A DNA stretch of 64,000 bases. Source: Gemmatimonadaceae bacterium (GTDB lineage: Bacteria; Gemmatimonadota; Gemmatimonadetes; Gemmatimonadales; Gemmatimonadaceae). Location: the NCBI GenBank assembly GCA_051859245.1, contig JBHYGA010000005.1, positions 795,537 through 859,536 on the forward strand. The letters run 5' to 3'. The notes below the pieces were generated by a model. It did not search any database, was not told the DNA's origin, and worked only from the letters and a program-made list of their open reading frames with translations. The translations under genes were made by a program, and so were the position numbers. This document shows, piece by piece, positions 7,546 through 17,748 of the stretch; the stretch's first letter is position 1; every line of letters starts with the position of its first letter.

Positions 7546-10107
7546 TTGCTTCCACCCTGGCACCTTGTGATCAACGCCCGTTCCACTGCCGTTGTGCTCC
7601 TCGTCGTCGCCACATGTTGTGCGGCGGTGGGCGGAGCGTTGGACGCGTGGTACGGTCGGTTGCTCTACGCGAGGGAGCGCGCCGAGGTAGTGATGGCCAC
7701 CGAGCACGCCGCCCGCGCGCTTGAGCGTGAGGTGGGGCGGCGATCGGCGTTGCTGGTGGGGCTGCGCGCCTTTGCGCAGTCGTACGAGTCGGACAAATCG
7801 CGCCTGGATGAAGAGTTCCCAGTCTTCGCCACCGGCCTGATCTCCAGCCTGGAGGGCGTGCGCGCGCTGCAGCTGGTGGACGACGGGGCGATTCGAGCCA
7901 CCTGGCCGGTTGAGGGAAACGAAGCGGCTGTGGGGTTGCGGTTGGGCTCACACCCGGACCTGCTGGTGCGTGACGGCTTTGAACGAGCGGAGCGCACGCG
8001 TCAGCTGTCCATCACGGGCCCCGTGCAACTGGTGCAGGGTGGCCGAGGATTGATTGCGCGAATTGCCACGGACCTGCCCGCGGGGAGCTATCCGGATCAG
8101 GTCGCGAGTGTAATGGACTTCGAGGCGGTGCTGCACGACGCCGGGTTTGCTCCGTACGTGGGACGACCGCGCATGACGCTGCGAAATCAGCAGGGGAAGG
8201 TCATCGTCGCCGCCGACGGTCCAATTCCGGATTCGATTCGGGTCGCGGTCGAGCTGGGCGATGGACGCTGGTGGCTTGACGGTGTGCCCGAGGGCGGGTG
8301 GGGGGCGAGCAGTGCACGGGAACGCACGTTGCTGCGCGTCAGCCTTTCGGTGATCAGCGTGCTCTTGATCGGCCTGGCTGGCGTGTTGTCCGGTCGGCAG
8401 CAACGGTTGGCGCGCGCCGTCACGGATCAAACGCGCGAGCTACAGCAGACCAATCACGAGCTGGCGCTTGAGGTGCGTGACCGCGAGACCGCCGAACGCA
8501 CGTTGCGTGAGCGGGCAGAAGAACTGCGCGTCGCACTGCAGGCGGGGCGCATGGGCATCTGGTCGTGGGACGTGGTGCACGGTCGCATCGCATTCAACGA
8601 TGGCGTCGCGGCATTGTTTGGACGGCCTACGCCCGATGCCCCGGTGTCGCACGATGAATTTCTCGGGATGCTCTCACCCGAGGATCGCACGCTGCTGCGG
8701 CAGCGCATCGACGCCACGATAGAACACAATGCGCTCTTTCATTTTGAACAGCGCATTGTGACGCCAGATGGCGCGGAGCGCTGGGTGTACGCCACCGCCG
8801 AGTTGCAGCGCGACGCGAACAACGCGCCGCAGCGACTGCTTGGCGTGGTGATGGACATCAGTGATCGCACCAGGCTTGAGGAACAGTTGCGTCAGGCGCA
8901 GAAAATGGAAGCCGTGGGCACGCTCGCAGGGGGCATTGCGCACGACTTCAACAATCTGCTCACGGCAATGCTCGGCTTTGCGCGACTTGCCCACGACGCA
9001 CTCGACGAAGCCAGCACGCACGTATCAACCGTGCACACGCACGCCATGGTACGTGACGATCTCAGCGAGCTGATTCGCGCCGGTGATCGCGCCACAATGC
9101 TCACGTCACAGCTGTTGGCCTTCAGTCGTCAGCAAGTCGTGCAGTCGGTGATGGTGGATGTCAACGCCATGGTCGCCGATCTTGAGCGCATGCTGTGTCG
9201 CTTGCTTGACGAACGCATCACGCTGCGCTCCGAAACATGCGCGAAGCCCGTCGTGGTGCGCGCCAACGCGGGACAGCTGTCGCAGGTGTTGTTGAACCTG
9301 GTGGTCAACGCGCGCGACGCGATGCCATTGGGTGGTCACATCACGGTGCACACGGCACGTCATCGCATCACGGCCGACGATGCGCTCATTGATACCGGGC
9401 TGACGCCGGGCGAATGGGTGGAGTTCTCGGTGCGAGACAATGGCGTGGGCATGTCGCCCGAGATCCAGTCTCGAATTTTTGACCCGTTTTTTACCACGAA
9501 GCCCACCGGGAAGGGCACGGGGTTGGGACTGTCCACGGCCTACGGCATCGTGGCCAGCGCGGGTGGACGCATTGTGGTGGAATCGCGCGAAGGGAGCGGT
9601 ACCTGCATGCGCGTGTTCCTGCCGGCGCACGCGCGCGCGGTTCGCGACAAAACGCCGGTTCGTGGTATCGCCGCACTCGATAGCGGGCACGAAACGATTC
9701 TGGTCGTTGAAGACGAGCCGGGCGTGCGGCGACTCGTTCGGGAAATCCTGGAGCGCCAGGGCTATCAGGTCGTGCTTGCCGCCAACGGACTGGAGGCGCT
9801 GCAAATTCTGGCGGGTTCGCGAGCCGCTGGCGAGGCAGGGCCTTTGCCGGCAGGACCGGTTGACATCGATTTGGTCATCAGCGACGTGGTGATGCCCGAG
9901 ATGGGCGGCCTTGAGCTGAGTGTGCGGCTCCGTGAGCTGTTTCCGCGCGTGCCAGTGCTGCTGATGTCCGGGTATCCGGCATCGGAAGTGGACGCGCCAG
10001 TCCTTGAGGAGCAGATCGTGGCCAAGCCGTTCACGCCGGCGCAGCTGCTGTCGCAGGTACGCGAGCGACTCAACGCCGCCGCTGCGCTGAAAGAACTGGC
10101 CGTCTGA
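7546..10107 (+). CDS. Membrane hybrid sensor histidine kinase (CHASE-PAS-HisKA-HATPase-REC)
   Basis: Two TM segments around CHASE-like GPVQLVQGG; H-box IAHDFNNLL; N-box NLVVNARDAM; G2 GKGTGLGL; REC VVEDE, SDVVMP, KP. Confidence 0.93.
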   Translation: MLPPWHLVINARSTAVVLLVVATCCAAVGGALDAWYGRLLYARERAEVVMATEHAARALEREVGRRSALLVGLRAFAQSYESDKSRLDEEFPVFATGLISSLEGVRALQLVDDGAIRATWPVEGNEAAVGLRLGSHPDLLVRDGFERAERTRQLSITGPVQLVQGGRGLIARIATDLPAGSYPDQVASVMDFEAVLHDAGFAPYVGRPRMTLRNQQGKVIVAADGPIPDSIRVAVELGDGRWWLDGVPEGGWGASSARERTLLRVSLSVISVLLIGLAGVLSGRQQRLARAVTDQTRELQQTNHELALEVRDRETAERTLRERAEELRVALQAGRMGIWSWDVVHGRIAFNDGVAALFGRPTPDAPVSHDEFLGMLSPEDRTLLRQRIDATIEHNALFHFEQRIVTPDGAERWVYATAELQRDANNAPQRLLGVVMDISDRTRLEEQLRQAQKMEAVGTLAGGIAHDFNNLLTAMLGFARLAHDALDEASTHVSTVHTHAMVRDDLSELIRAGDRATMLTSQLLAFSRQQVVQSVMVDVNAMVADLERMLCRLLDERITLRSETCAKPVVVRANAGQLSQVLLNLVVNARDAMPLGGHITVHTARHRITADDALIDTGLTPGEWVEFSVRDNGVGMSPEIQSRIFDPFFTTKPTGKGTGLGLSTAYGIVASAGGRIVVESREGSGTCMRVFLPAHARAVRDKTPVRGIAALDSGHETILVVEDEPGVRRLVREILERQGYQVVLAANGLEALQILAGSRAAGEAGPLPAGPVDIDLVISDVVMPEMGGLELSVRLRELFPRVPVLLMSGYPASEVDAPVLEEQIVAKPFTPAQLLSQVRERLNAAAALKELAV

Positions 10108-10178
10108 TCGCGCGGTATCCGTTGCCACACCTTGGCGGCGTGTCATAGCTTACCGGCTCACCTTCACCCGACTGCGCC

Positions 10179-11480
10179 GTGAGCCATCCGTCTTCCCGAA
10201 TCGCCGACTTGCACGCCCATGTGGGCACCACCGTCACCGTGCGCGGGTGGGTTACCCACGTGCGCTCCAGCGGCAAAGTGGCCTTTGTGGTCATGCGCGA
10301 TGGCTCCGGCATCTTGCAGTGCGTGCTGGTGAAGTCGCAGGTACCTGCAGAAACGTGGGAGCGCTTTGGGACGCTCACACTGGAAACGTCGCTCGCGATT
10401 TCCGGTGAAGTACGCGCCGATGCGCGCGCGCCGGGTGGACATGAACTCGGCGTCGTTGAGCTCGAGGTGATTGGCACGAGTCCGGTCGACTATCCGATTC
10501 AGCCCAAGGAACACGGCATCGATTTTCTGCTCGACAATCGGCATCTGTGGCTGCGCAGTCCGCGACAGGCGGCGATCATGCGCATTCGTCACGAGCTCGA
10601 GCAGGCCGTGCACGATTTCTTTTACGCGCGCGATTTCACACGATGCGATACGCCGATTCTTACCGGTGCGATTGGTGAGCGCGCGGGACTCTTTGCGACC
10701 GAATACTTCGACGAAGGCATGGCCTATCTCGCGCAGACGGGACAGCTGTACGGCGAAGCACTCGCGGCATCACTCGGACGCATCTACACGTTTGGCCCAA
10801 CGTTTCGCGCCGAGAAATCCAAGACGCGTCGCCATCTCACCGAGTTCTGGATGATTGAACCGGAAATGGCGTGGTACGACTCGAAGGACAACATGCAGTT
10901 GCAGCAGGAGTTCGTGCAGTATCTCGTGGGGCGCGTACTGGAGCGCAAAGCCGAAGAACTCAAGCTGCTTGAGCGTGACACCACCATGCTCGAGAAAGTC
11001 ACCGGCGACTTTATTCGTCTTGACTATAGCGACGCGATCACACTGATCAACAGCAAAGGCAGCGCGACCAAGTGGGGGGACGATCTCGGCGCCGAAGACG
11101 AAGCGCTGATCGTGGCCGACTACGATCGCCCCGTCTTCGTGATGAACTATCCGAAGGAAGCGAAGGCGTTCTACATGAAGGAGAACCCGGCCGATCCGCG
11201 CACGGTGTTGTGCGACGATCTGCTCGCACCCGAAGGCTACGGCGAGATCATTGGCGGTTCGCAGCGTGAAGACGACTACGATCGCCTGCTCAAGCGTATT
11301 GAAGAAGAAGGTCTGCCTGTTGATCAGTACGGGTGGTACCTCGACTTGCGCAAATACGGCACGTTTACGCACTCAGGCTTCGGACTCGGCCTCGAGCGCA
11401 CGATTGGCTGGATTTGCGGATTGCATCACATTCGCGAAGTCATCGCGTTCCCTCGCTTGATGCATCGCTTGCGGCCGTAA
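10179..11480 (+). CDS. asnS: Asparagine--tRNA ligase
   Basis: OB-fold N-terminus; FGPTFRAEKSKTRRHLTEFWMIEPE; GEIIGGSQRE; HSGFGLGLER. Confidence 0.96.
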   Translation: MSHPSSRIADLHAHVGTTVTVRGWVTHVRSSGKVAFVVMRDGSGILQCVLVKSQVPAETWERFGTLTLETSLAISGEVRADARAPGGHELGVVELEVIGTSPVDYPIQPKEHGIDFLLDNRHLWLRSPRQAAIMRIRHELEQAVHDFFYARDFTRCDTPILTGAIGERAGLFATEYFDEGMAYLAQTGQLYGEALAASLGRIYTFGPTFRAEKSKTRRHLTEFWMIEPEMAWYDSKDNMQLQQEFVQYLVGRVLERKAEELKLLERDTTMLEKVTGDFIRLDYSDAITLINSKGSATKWGDDLGAEDEALIVADYDRPVFVMNYPKEAKAFYMKENPADPRTVLCDDLLAPEGYGEIIGGSQREDDYDRLLKRIEEEGLPVDQYGWYLDLRKYGTFTHSGFGLGLERTIGWICGLHHIREVIAFPRLMHRLRP

Positions 11481-11485
11481 GCGCG

Positions 11486-12277
11486 CTACTCCCCGCGTTT
11501 GACCTCGTCCCACAACAGATCCTGTTCCGCGAGCGACAACTCGCGGAACACGATCCCGCGTGCTTCGGCGAGTGACTCCATGGCCCGGAACCGTCGCACA
11601 AACTTCTGATTCGCACCGTCAAGCGCGAGCCCCGCGTGCACGCCCACTTTGCGGCACAGATTCACGACTGCAAAGAGCAGATCGCCCAGTTCGGCTTCGA
11701 CTTTCGCGGCGTCGCTCGCCACACCGTCCGGCGTGATGTGCTCCGCCACCTCCTCGATTTCCTCGCGCACCTTGGCCAGCGGCCCAATGGCGTCGGGCCA
11801 GTCAAAGCCTACGCCCGCCGCCCGATCTTGCAGGCGCTGCGAGCGGTGCAGTGCCGGCAGGCCCTTGGCGAGTCCTTCGTCAATGAAGCTGCGATGGTGC
11901 GACTTCATGGTCTCCCAATCGCGCTTGATGCCGTCGCCGTACAGGTGCGGATGCCGCGTGTGCATTTTCGTAACGAGCGCGCCTGATACATCGGAGATGT
12001 CAAACGCGCCGCGCTCTTCGGCGACCACCGCGTGAAACAGGACCTGCAGTAACACGTCGCCGAGTTCGTCGCGGAGCGTACCGTCATGACCCTCGGAAAT
12101 CGCGTCGTCGACTTCAGCCGCTTCTTCGACCAGATAGGGTCGTAGTGAGGCGTGCGTCTGCGCCGCATCCCATTCGCAGCGGGCGCGCAAGTCGCGCATC
12201 ACGGCCAGCGCGTCATCGAGCGTATGGCGGTGTTCATCGGGAAGGCGCGCACTCAACTCCGCAGCACGGTCGGGCAT
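11486..12277 (-). CDS. mazG: Nucleoside triphosphate pyrophosphohydrolase MazG
   Basis: CEWDAAQTHASL, EEAAEV, DELGDVLLQVLFH, second domain ELGDLLFAVVN, GFDW; start 12277 or 12301. Confidence 0.93.
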   Translation of the reverse strand: MPDRAAELSARLPDEHRHTLDDALAVMRDLRARCEWDAAQTHASLRPYLVEEAAEVDDAISEGHDGTLRDELGDVLLQVLFHAVVAEERGAFDISDVSGALVTKMHTRHPHLYGDGIKRDWETMKSHHRSFIDEGLAKGLPALHRSQRLQDRAAGVGFDWPDAIGPLAKVREEIEEVAEHITPDGVASDAAKVEAELGDLLFAVVNLCRKVGVHAGLALDGANQKFVRRFRAMESLAEARGIVFRELSLAEQDLLWDEVKRGE

Positions 12278-12485
12278 TCCATCTCGCTTGGGCCACAACA
12301 TCTCGGCCCTCGGGGGTGATCTGACGCCGATCGCAATCGATCGACGTGCGTACCATCCACGACCGCGCGTGGAGGCGATTATCATCAAGTGTTCGAGGCG
12401 ACCGCAGACGCACGTGCCGAATGGCCGGTGCAGCGCTCGTCGTCACGTCGGAATATACAAACCCACTGTCGGAGCGGAGAGCAAG

Positions 12486-13565
12486 GTGCACGCACGCGCG
12501 TGGTGTGAGATCGATCTCGACGCCGTTCGGCATAACCTCGCGCAGTTGCGATCCGCCGCCGGCGTTCCGCTCATCCCCATGGTCAAAGCGGATGCGTACG
12601 GACTCGGTGCCGACGCCATCGTGCGGCTGTTGTCGCAGCTCGCCGGTAACGAGGCACCGTGGGCACTCGGCGTGGCCACCGTCGATGAAGGGGCGCACGC
12701 ACGAACCGCGGGGTGGACTGGACGCATTCTCTGCTGCACACCGGTGCTCGCAACAGAACTCCCGAGAATGCGCGACGAACGCATCACGCCGTCGCTGCAC
12801 ACCGAAGGCGACATTCTCTCGTGGCGTCGTCTGGGCGAGATGCCCTGGCATCTGAGCATCGACACCGGTATGCATCGCGCTGGTGTTGAATGGATCGACG
12901 CGCCTGCGCTCGCTGATGTTGTGTCTTTTCACCCGCCGGAGGGCGTGTTCACGCACTTCCATTCGGCCGGCGAAAACGAGTTGTCTCGTGCTGTGCAGGA
13001 ACAACGATTCGCCGAGGCGTTGCGCGCATTGAAATTGCCGGCCACTACGCTGCGACACGCTGCGAACTCCCCCGCGCTTGCGGCGGATGCACAGCGCGGC
13101 GCCGGTCCAACGTGGGATCTCGCGCGACCGGGTATTGCGATGTACGGCTCACCGTCAGCAAGTGCGCTGCAGCTTTGGCCGGTGTTGCAGGTGTATGCGC
13201 GCGTGGTCGACGTGCGTCACGTCAACGCGGGCGAAACGGTGAGTTACGACGCCACCTGGACCGCGCCCCGCGCGAGTCGCATTGCAACGGTCGCGATCGG
13301 ACATGGTGATGGCTATCGACGCGCGTTCTCGAACTGCGGCATCATGCGACTCCACGAACAGCGTGTGCCGGTCATTGGTGTGGTCACCATGGACATGACC
13401 ATGCTCGATGTCACATCCGTCCCGTGTGAAGTAGGCGATGTGGTCACCGTGATTGGTGAGTCGCTCACCCTCGACACCGTCGCCGCTCTGGCCCAGCTCT
13501 CGCCGTACGAACTGCTTGTCGGATGGCGCTTACGGCTCCCTCGCGTGTATCGGAGTGCCACATGA
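12486..13565 (+). CDS. alr: Alanine racemase
   Basis: VKADAYGLG (PLP Lys), IDTGMHRAG, RPGIAMYG, GHGDGY, VTMDM; start probably GTG 12486. Confidence 0.94.
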   Translation: MHARAWCEIDLDAVRHNLAQLRSAAGVPLIPMVKADAYGLGADAIVRLLSQLAGNEAPWALGVATVDEGAHARTAGWTGRILCCTPVLATELPRMRDERITPSLHTEGDILSWRRLGEMPWHLSIDTGMHRAGVEWIDAPALADVVSFHPPEGVFTHFHSAGENELSRAVQEQRFAEALRALKLPATTLRHAANSPALAADAQRGAGPTWDLARPGIAMYGSPSASALQLWPVLQVYARVVDVRHVNAGETVSYDATWTAPRASRIATVAIGHGDGYRRAFSNCGIMRLHEQRVPVIGVVTMDMTMLDVTSVPCEVGDVVTVIGESLTLDTVAALAQLSPYELLVGWRLRLPRVYRSAT

Positions 13566-14749
13566 CAACTACTCGGCTCTCTTCGCGACGCGCGATCCTG
13601 CTCATCCTCGACGGCGTTGGCATCGGCGAGGCGCCGGATACCGCTGCCTACGGCGACGCGGGCAGCAATACGCTCGGCAACCTCGCCGAGCGGTTGGGCG
13701 GCCTGCACGTGCCCAACCTGGCGTCGCTCGGCCTGGGCCGAATTGCGCCGCTGGCAGGCGTGAGCGCGGAAGCGGCGCTGGTGGGTGCCTGGGGCGCGGC
13801 GCTCCCGCGATCGGCTGGGAAAGACTCCACCACGGGTCACTGGGAGCTCGCCGGCGTCCATCTGGCCCGTCCGTTCCCCACCTATCCGCAGGGATTCCCG
13901 CCCGAGGTGCTGGGTCCGTTCATTGAGGCCACGGGGCGCGGGGTGCTGGCCAACTCAGTCGCCAGCGGCACGGCGGTGATCGAGCAATTCGCCGAGCAGC
14001 AACGCGAGTCGGGCAGCTGGATCGTGTACACGTCCGCCGATTCCGTCTTTCAGATTGCGGCGCATGAGGAGTGGATCCCCCTCGGAGAGCTGTACCGCGC
14101 CTGTGAAATTGCGCGCGCTCAACTCGTGCCACCGCACGACGTGTCGCGAGTCATCGCGCGACCTTTTGTGGGCACGCCCGGGCTGTGGACGCGCACGGCC
14201 AACCGGCGCGACTTCTCACTCCCAGCGCCCGATTCCACGTTGGTGGACGAGCTGGCGGCCGCGGGCATTCCGCGCTACGGCATTGGCAAAGTGGACGATT
14301 TGTTCGCCGGACGAAATCTCGAATCGCAGCACACCATTCACAACGCTGACGGTGTCTCACGACTGCTGGAGTGGCTGGATTCGTCCCGCCATGGGTTCTG
14401 CTTTGCCAATCTGGTAGATTTCGATCAGTTGTACGGGCATCGGAACGACGGGCCCGGTTTCGCCGACGCACTTTCCGCGTTCGACGCGGTTTTGCCGCGT
14501 CTGCTCGCAGCCCTTCGGGAGGACGACCTGCTCATTATTACCGCTGACCACGGGAACGACCCGACGACGCCCTCAACCGATCACTCGCGTGAGCGGGTAC
14601 CGGTGCTGGTGGCGGGTCCGCGCGTACATCCGGTGGCCCTGGGTGTGCGCGATACGTTCTCCGACGTTGGTGCCACGCTGGCCGAATGGTTTGGTCTGTC
14701 GTGGCGCGGTCGCGGGCAGTCGTTTCTGGCCGAGTGCGTTCGCGCATGA
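13562..14749 (+). CDS. deoB: Phosphopentomutase
   Basis: LDGVGIG, GKDSTTGHWE, YTSADSVFQIAAHE, NLVDFDQLYGHRND, TADHGNDPT. Confidence 0.96.
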   Translation: MTTTRLSSRRAILLILDGVGIGEAPDTAAYGDAGSNTLGNLAERLGGLHVPNLASLGLGRIAPLAGVSAEAALVGAWGAALPRSAGKDSTTGHWELAGVHLARPFPTYPQGFPPEVLGPFIEATGRGVLANSVASGTAVIEQFAEQQRESGSWIVYTSADSVFQIAAHEEWIPLGELYRACEIARAQLVPPHDVSRVIARPFVGTPGLWTRTANRRDFSLPAPDSTLVDELAAAGIPRYGIGKVDDLFAGRNLESQHTIHNADGVSRLLEWLDSSRHGFCFANLVDFDQLYGHRNDGPGFADALSAFDAVLPRLLAALREDDLLIITADHGNDPTTPSTDHSRERVPVLVAGPRVHPVALGVRDTFSDVGATLAEWFGLSWRGRGQSFLAECVRA

Positions 14750-15168
14750 GTCACGGCGCAGACACTGACAGTCCGCTCACGACGCTCATTGAGGCGGCCC
14801 GCGCGGCCCAACAGCACGCGTGGGCGCCGTACTCGTCGTTTCGGGTGGGCGCGGCGCTTGAGTCAACAGACGGTCAGCTGTTCGCGGGCTGCAATGTTGA
14901 GAACGCCAGTTATCCCGCCGGAATCTGTGCCGAACGTGGCGCGCTGGCACGCGCGGTTGCGTCCGGCGCACGTGCCTTCGTTCGTGTGGTCATTGTTTCT
15001 GATGCTGACACACCCGCACCACCGTGCGGAATGTGTCGACAAGCGCTGGTTGAGTTTGCACCGACGCTAGAGGTCGTGAGTATCACGTCCAGTGGGCAAA
15101 CCGCCCGCTGGTCGCTCGCCGACCTGCTGCCTTTTCCCTTCACGCCATCCTCGCTCGCGCATGCCTGA
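14746..15168 (+). CDS. cdd: Cytidine deaminase (homotetrameric type)
   Basis: APYSSFRVGAA, GCNVENASY, CAER, PCGMCRQ. Confidence 0.95.
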   Translation: MSHGADTDSPLTTLIEAARAAQQHAWAPYSSFRVGAALESTDGQLFAGCNVENASYPAGICAERGALARAVASGARAFVRVVIVSDADTPAPPCGMCRQALVEFAPTLEVVSITSSGQTARWSLADLLPFPFTPSSLAHA

Positions 15169-16516
15169 GCGTTCGTTGCTTTCCCGGTTTCTGTCGCCAG
15201 TGTTCACTCCTGGCGCGCCTTCTCACTTGCGAGCGCGACGTGTCGCAATGCGACGTGTCGCAATGCTCGGCGCTGTCGTCATGGCCACCACCGTGTTTGC
15301 GGCGTGCACCGACGAGTACGATGGCGGGCAAGCCTGCCCGGTACTCTGCCCGCAGGAGCAGGCGCCGTTCATTGACACGATCATTGACGCGATCGCGCTT
15401 GATACCACGCTCGGTCCGTATCCGATTCTTGGATTCTCAAACGGATTGCTCCTGGCGAATCGCGGCGACACGCTTGAAACGCACGTGGTCGTGCGGTTCG
15501 ACAATCTGCCTTCCACCTACAATCCAAACGGCGAAGCCGTTCAGCAGCCGATCACCGCGGTCGACTCCACGGTGTTGCGCTTTTTCGTCGACACATCAGG
15601 CACGCGCGCAAGCGGCGCGTTCACCATCGAAGTATTCGATGTCGACACCACGGAATCCGATTCCGTGTCGGCGGTGGTGCGCTCGCTCTTTCGTCCGGAT
15701 CGCCGAGTTGGTCAGGTGATTGTGCCGGCCGGCAGTACGGCAGATTCGTTACGCATTCCGATCTCGAAAACGTTCATCGAATCCAAAATCGCGGTGCAGG
15801 GACGGGTGCGCCTGGGGGTGCGCATCGTCTCAACGGATAACGCGCAAATGCGTTTCGGCGCGTTTGCGGCCGGCGAAGGTGCGCCTCGACTCACGTTCGA
15901 TCCGAGCACCGACACACTGTATCGTCCGCTCGATATCATCCCCCGAACCACGCTCGTTGGTGCGGAGCTGGATGATGTATTGCGACTTGCGTACACAGTG
16001 TACACGCTCACCGTGCGCGGTTCAGAACCCGTACCGCAGGGCACCCTGAGTGTGGGTGGCTTTCCGTCACGGCGTCCGTATTTCCGATTTGCCATTCCGC
16101 GCTCGATCATTGATTCGAGCACGGTGGTGCGCGCGGAGCTGCTGCTCACGCAGCGCCCCTCGTTCAGTGCGGATCGGGGGCGACCGATCGGTGTGCAACC
16201 GTACATTGGCACCACGAACAACGACGTCACAGACCTGTATCTCGCCGCGTCGCTGGCGGCGAACGGACAACTCGCGGGCGTGGATTCCGTGCGTTTTGTG
16301 CCCAGTGACAGTGGACCGAAGGCCATCAACATCGTGAGTCTCGTGCGCGGCTGGTCATCGCTCGATAGCATGGTCACGCGCTTTGTTGCGCTTCGCATTA
16401 ACGGCGAGGGTTCGAACGGCGCCGAAATCCGCTTCCACGATCTCTCCGCTCCGGCGGCGCTTCGGCCCCGCTTGCGCATCACCTATTTGCCGCGCACGGA
16501 GTTTGCCATCCCATGA
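15161..16516 (+). CDS. Uncharacterised beta-rich lipoprotein (start 15161 or 15248)
   Basis: Lipobox VFAAC followed by CPVLCP; beta-strand-like composition; overlaps cdd stop and next gene start. Confidence 0.75.
   Translation: MPERSLLSRFLSPVFTPGAPSHLRARRVAMRRVAMLGAVVMATTVFAACTDEYDGGQACPVLCPQEQAPFIDTIIDAIALDTTLGPYPILGFSNGLLLANRGDTLETHVVVRFDNLPSTYNPNGEAVQQPITAVDSTVLRFFVDTSGTRASGAFTIEVFDVDTTESDSVSAVVRSLFRPDRRVGQVIVPAGSTADSLRIPISKTFIESKIAVQGRVRLGVRIVSTDNAQMRFGAFAAGEGAPRLTFDPSTDTLYRPLDIIPRTTLVGAELDDVLRLAYTVYTLTVRGSEPVPQGTLSVGGFPSRRPYFRFAIPRSIIDSSTVVRAELLLTQRPSFSADRGRPIGVQPYIGTTNNDVTDLYLAASLAANGQLAGVDSVRFVPSDSGPKAINIVSLVRGWSSLDSMVTRFVALRINGEGSNGAEIRFHDLSAPAALRPRLRITYLPRTEFAIP
15235..15266. repeat. 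Perfect 15-bp tandem duplication (RRVAM-RRVAM) in the lipoprotein signal region
   Basis: gcgacgtgtcgcaat x2 plus gc. Confidence 0.85.
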
Positions 16517-17673
16517 AGCGTCACTCGTGGTCGTTGAGTTCAACTGCAACAGTGGCGGTCGCGCTACTGCTGTCGGCGCCATTGGCGTTGTCTGCATTGC
16601 ACGCGCAGGGCACGCTGAGCACGCAAGGCTTTGGTTATCCACCAGGCGGATTGAGCACGCGCTCACTCGGCATTGGTGGCGCGACCGCAGAGTTTGATTT
16701 GTTGTCATCGCGCAACCCGGCGTCGGCAACAGAAATCGGATCAAGCGTGCTGAGCGTGCAGGCCGCGCCAGAGTACCGGACCGTGTTGTTCAACGGGGTG
16801 TCGGAGCGCTCCACGATTCAGCGCACCCCATTGGTCGCGGCCGGTCTTCGCCTCAAGCAGGTCGGGTTGCTGCTGTCCGCATCCACGCTACTCGATCGAA
16901 GCTTCACCACCGAGTCGCCAGGCACCGCGGTGATCGGCGGCGTCGCCACACCAACTACAGATCGATTTGAGTCACGTGGTGCGATCACGGAGCTGCGTCT
17001 CTCCGCGGGTTGGAACTACAAGGCCTTTGCACTCGGTGTGGCCGCGGTTGCGGTCACGGGTGAGCACTCGCTGGTGCGCACCCGAGCGTTCCCGGATACC
17101 CTGCTGTTCGGTGGGGTGCTCGATTCGACTCGCATTGGTTTTGAGGGCCTCGGACTCGCCGTGGGCGCGAACTGGCGCGTCTCCCGTGATTTCCTGATTG
17201 GGGCGAGCTATCGATCCTCGGGACCGCTCAATGTGTTGCGGCGCGACTCCACGTTGCGGAGTGCCAATCTCCCGTCGCGGCTCGGTGTTGGTGCGCTGTA
17301 TCAAGGCTTTGCCGGGTCGGTGCTCGCGGCCTCGCTGGAGCAGGTGGGCTGGTCGGCCATGAACGGATTGGGCACCGAAGCCAGTCGCGCGCAGGACGCC
17401 TTCAACTGGTCGGTAGGCGGTGAGTTTGAGGGCGGTACGTTACGCCGTACGGCGGTGCTGTGGCGTGCGGGTTATGCCCAGCGAGACCTCCCGTTTTTGT
17501 TGCGAGACCTGCCGGTATCGGAGCGGTCGATTCACGCGGGTGTGGGGATTCCCATCTCGTCCGAAGCCGCTTCGTTCGACTTTTCCGTGCAGCGGTCGTT
17601 CCGGCGGGTGCAGGGTGATCAGGCGCGCGAGAACGCGTGGGGCATTTCGGCGGCGCTAACCATTCGCCCCTAA
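16513..17673 (+). CDS. Putative outer-membrane beta-barrel protein (FadL/OmpP1-like)
   Basis: Signal peptide ending AQG; N-terminal RSLGIGG...NPA motif; alternating amphipathic strands; WRAGY; terminal strand WGISAALTI. Confidence 0.7.
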   Translation: MKRHSWSLSSTATVAVALLLSAPLALSALHAQGTLSTQGFGYPPGGLSTRSLGIGGATAEFDLLSSRNPASATEIGSSVLSVQAAPEYRTVLFNGVSERSTIQRTPLVAAGLRLKQVGLLLSASTLLDRSFTTESPGTAVIGGVATPTTDRFESRGAITELRLSAGWNYKAFALGVAAVAVTGEHSLVRTRAFPDTLLFGGVLDSTRIGFEGLGLAVGANWRVSRDFLIGASYRSSGPLNVLRRDSTLRSANLPSRLGVGALYQGFAGSVLAASLEQVGWSAMNGLGTEASRAQDAFNWSVGGEFEGGTLRRTAVLWRAGYAQRDLPFLLRDLPVSERSIHAGVGIPISSEAASFDFSVQRSFRRVQGDQARENAWGISAALTIRP

Positions 17674-17748
17674 GTAGCCGATACCGTATTATTACGGGAT
17701 CCAAGCGCGGTCGCGCCGCTGTTCTCATCTACGGTTCTTAAGGCTTTT

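Noticed and set aside
11486..12277. mazG as a toxin-antitoxin or anti-phage component
   Set aside because: It is the two-domain housekeeping form among core genes, with no mazEF or defence genes adjacent.
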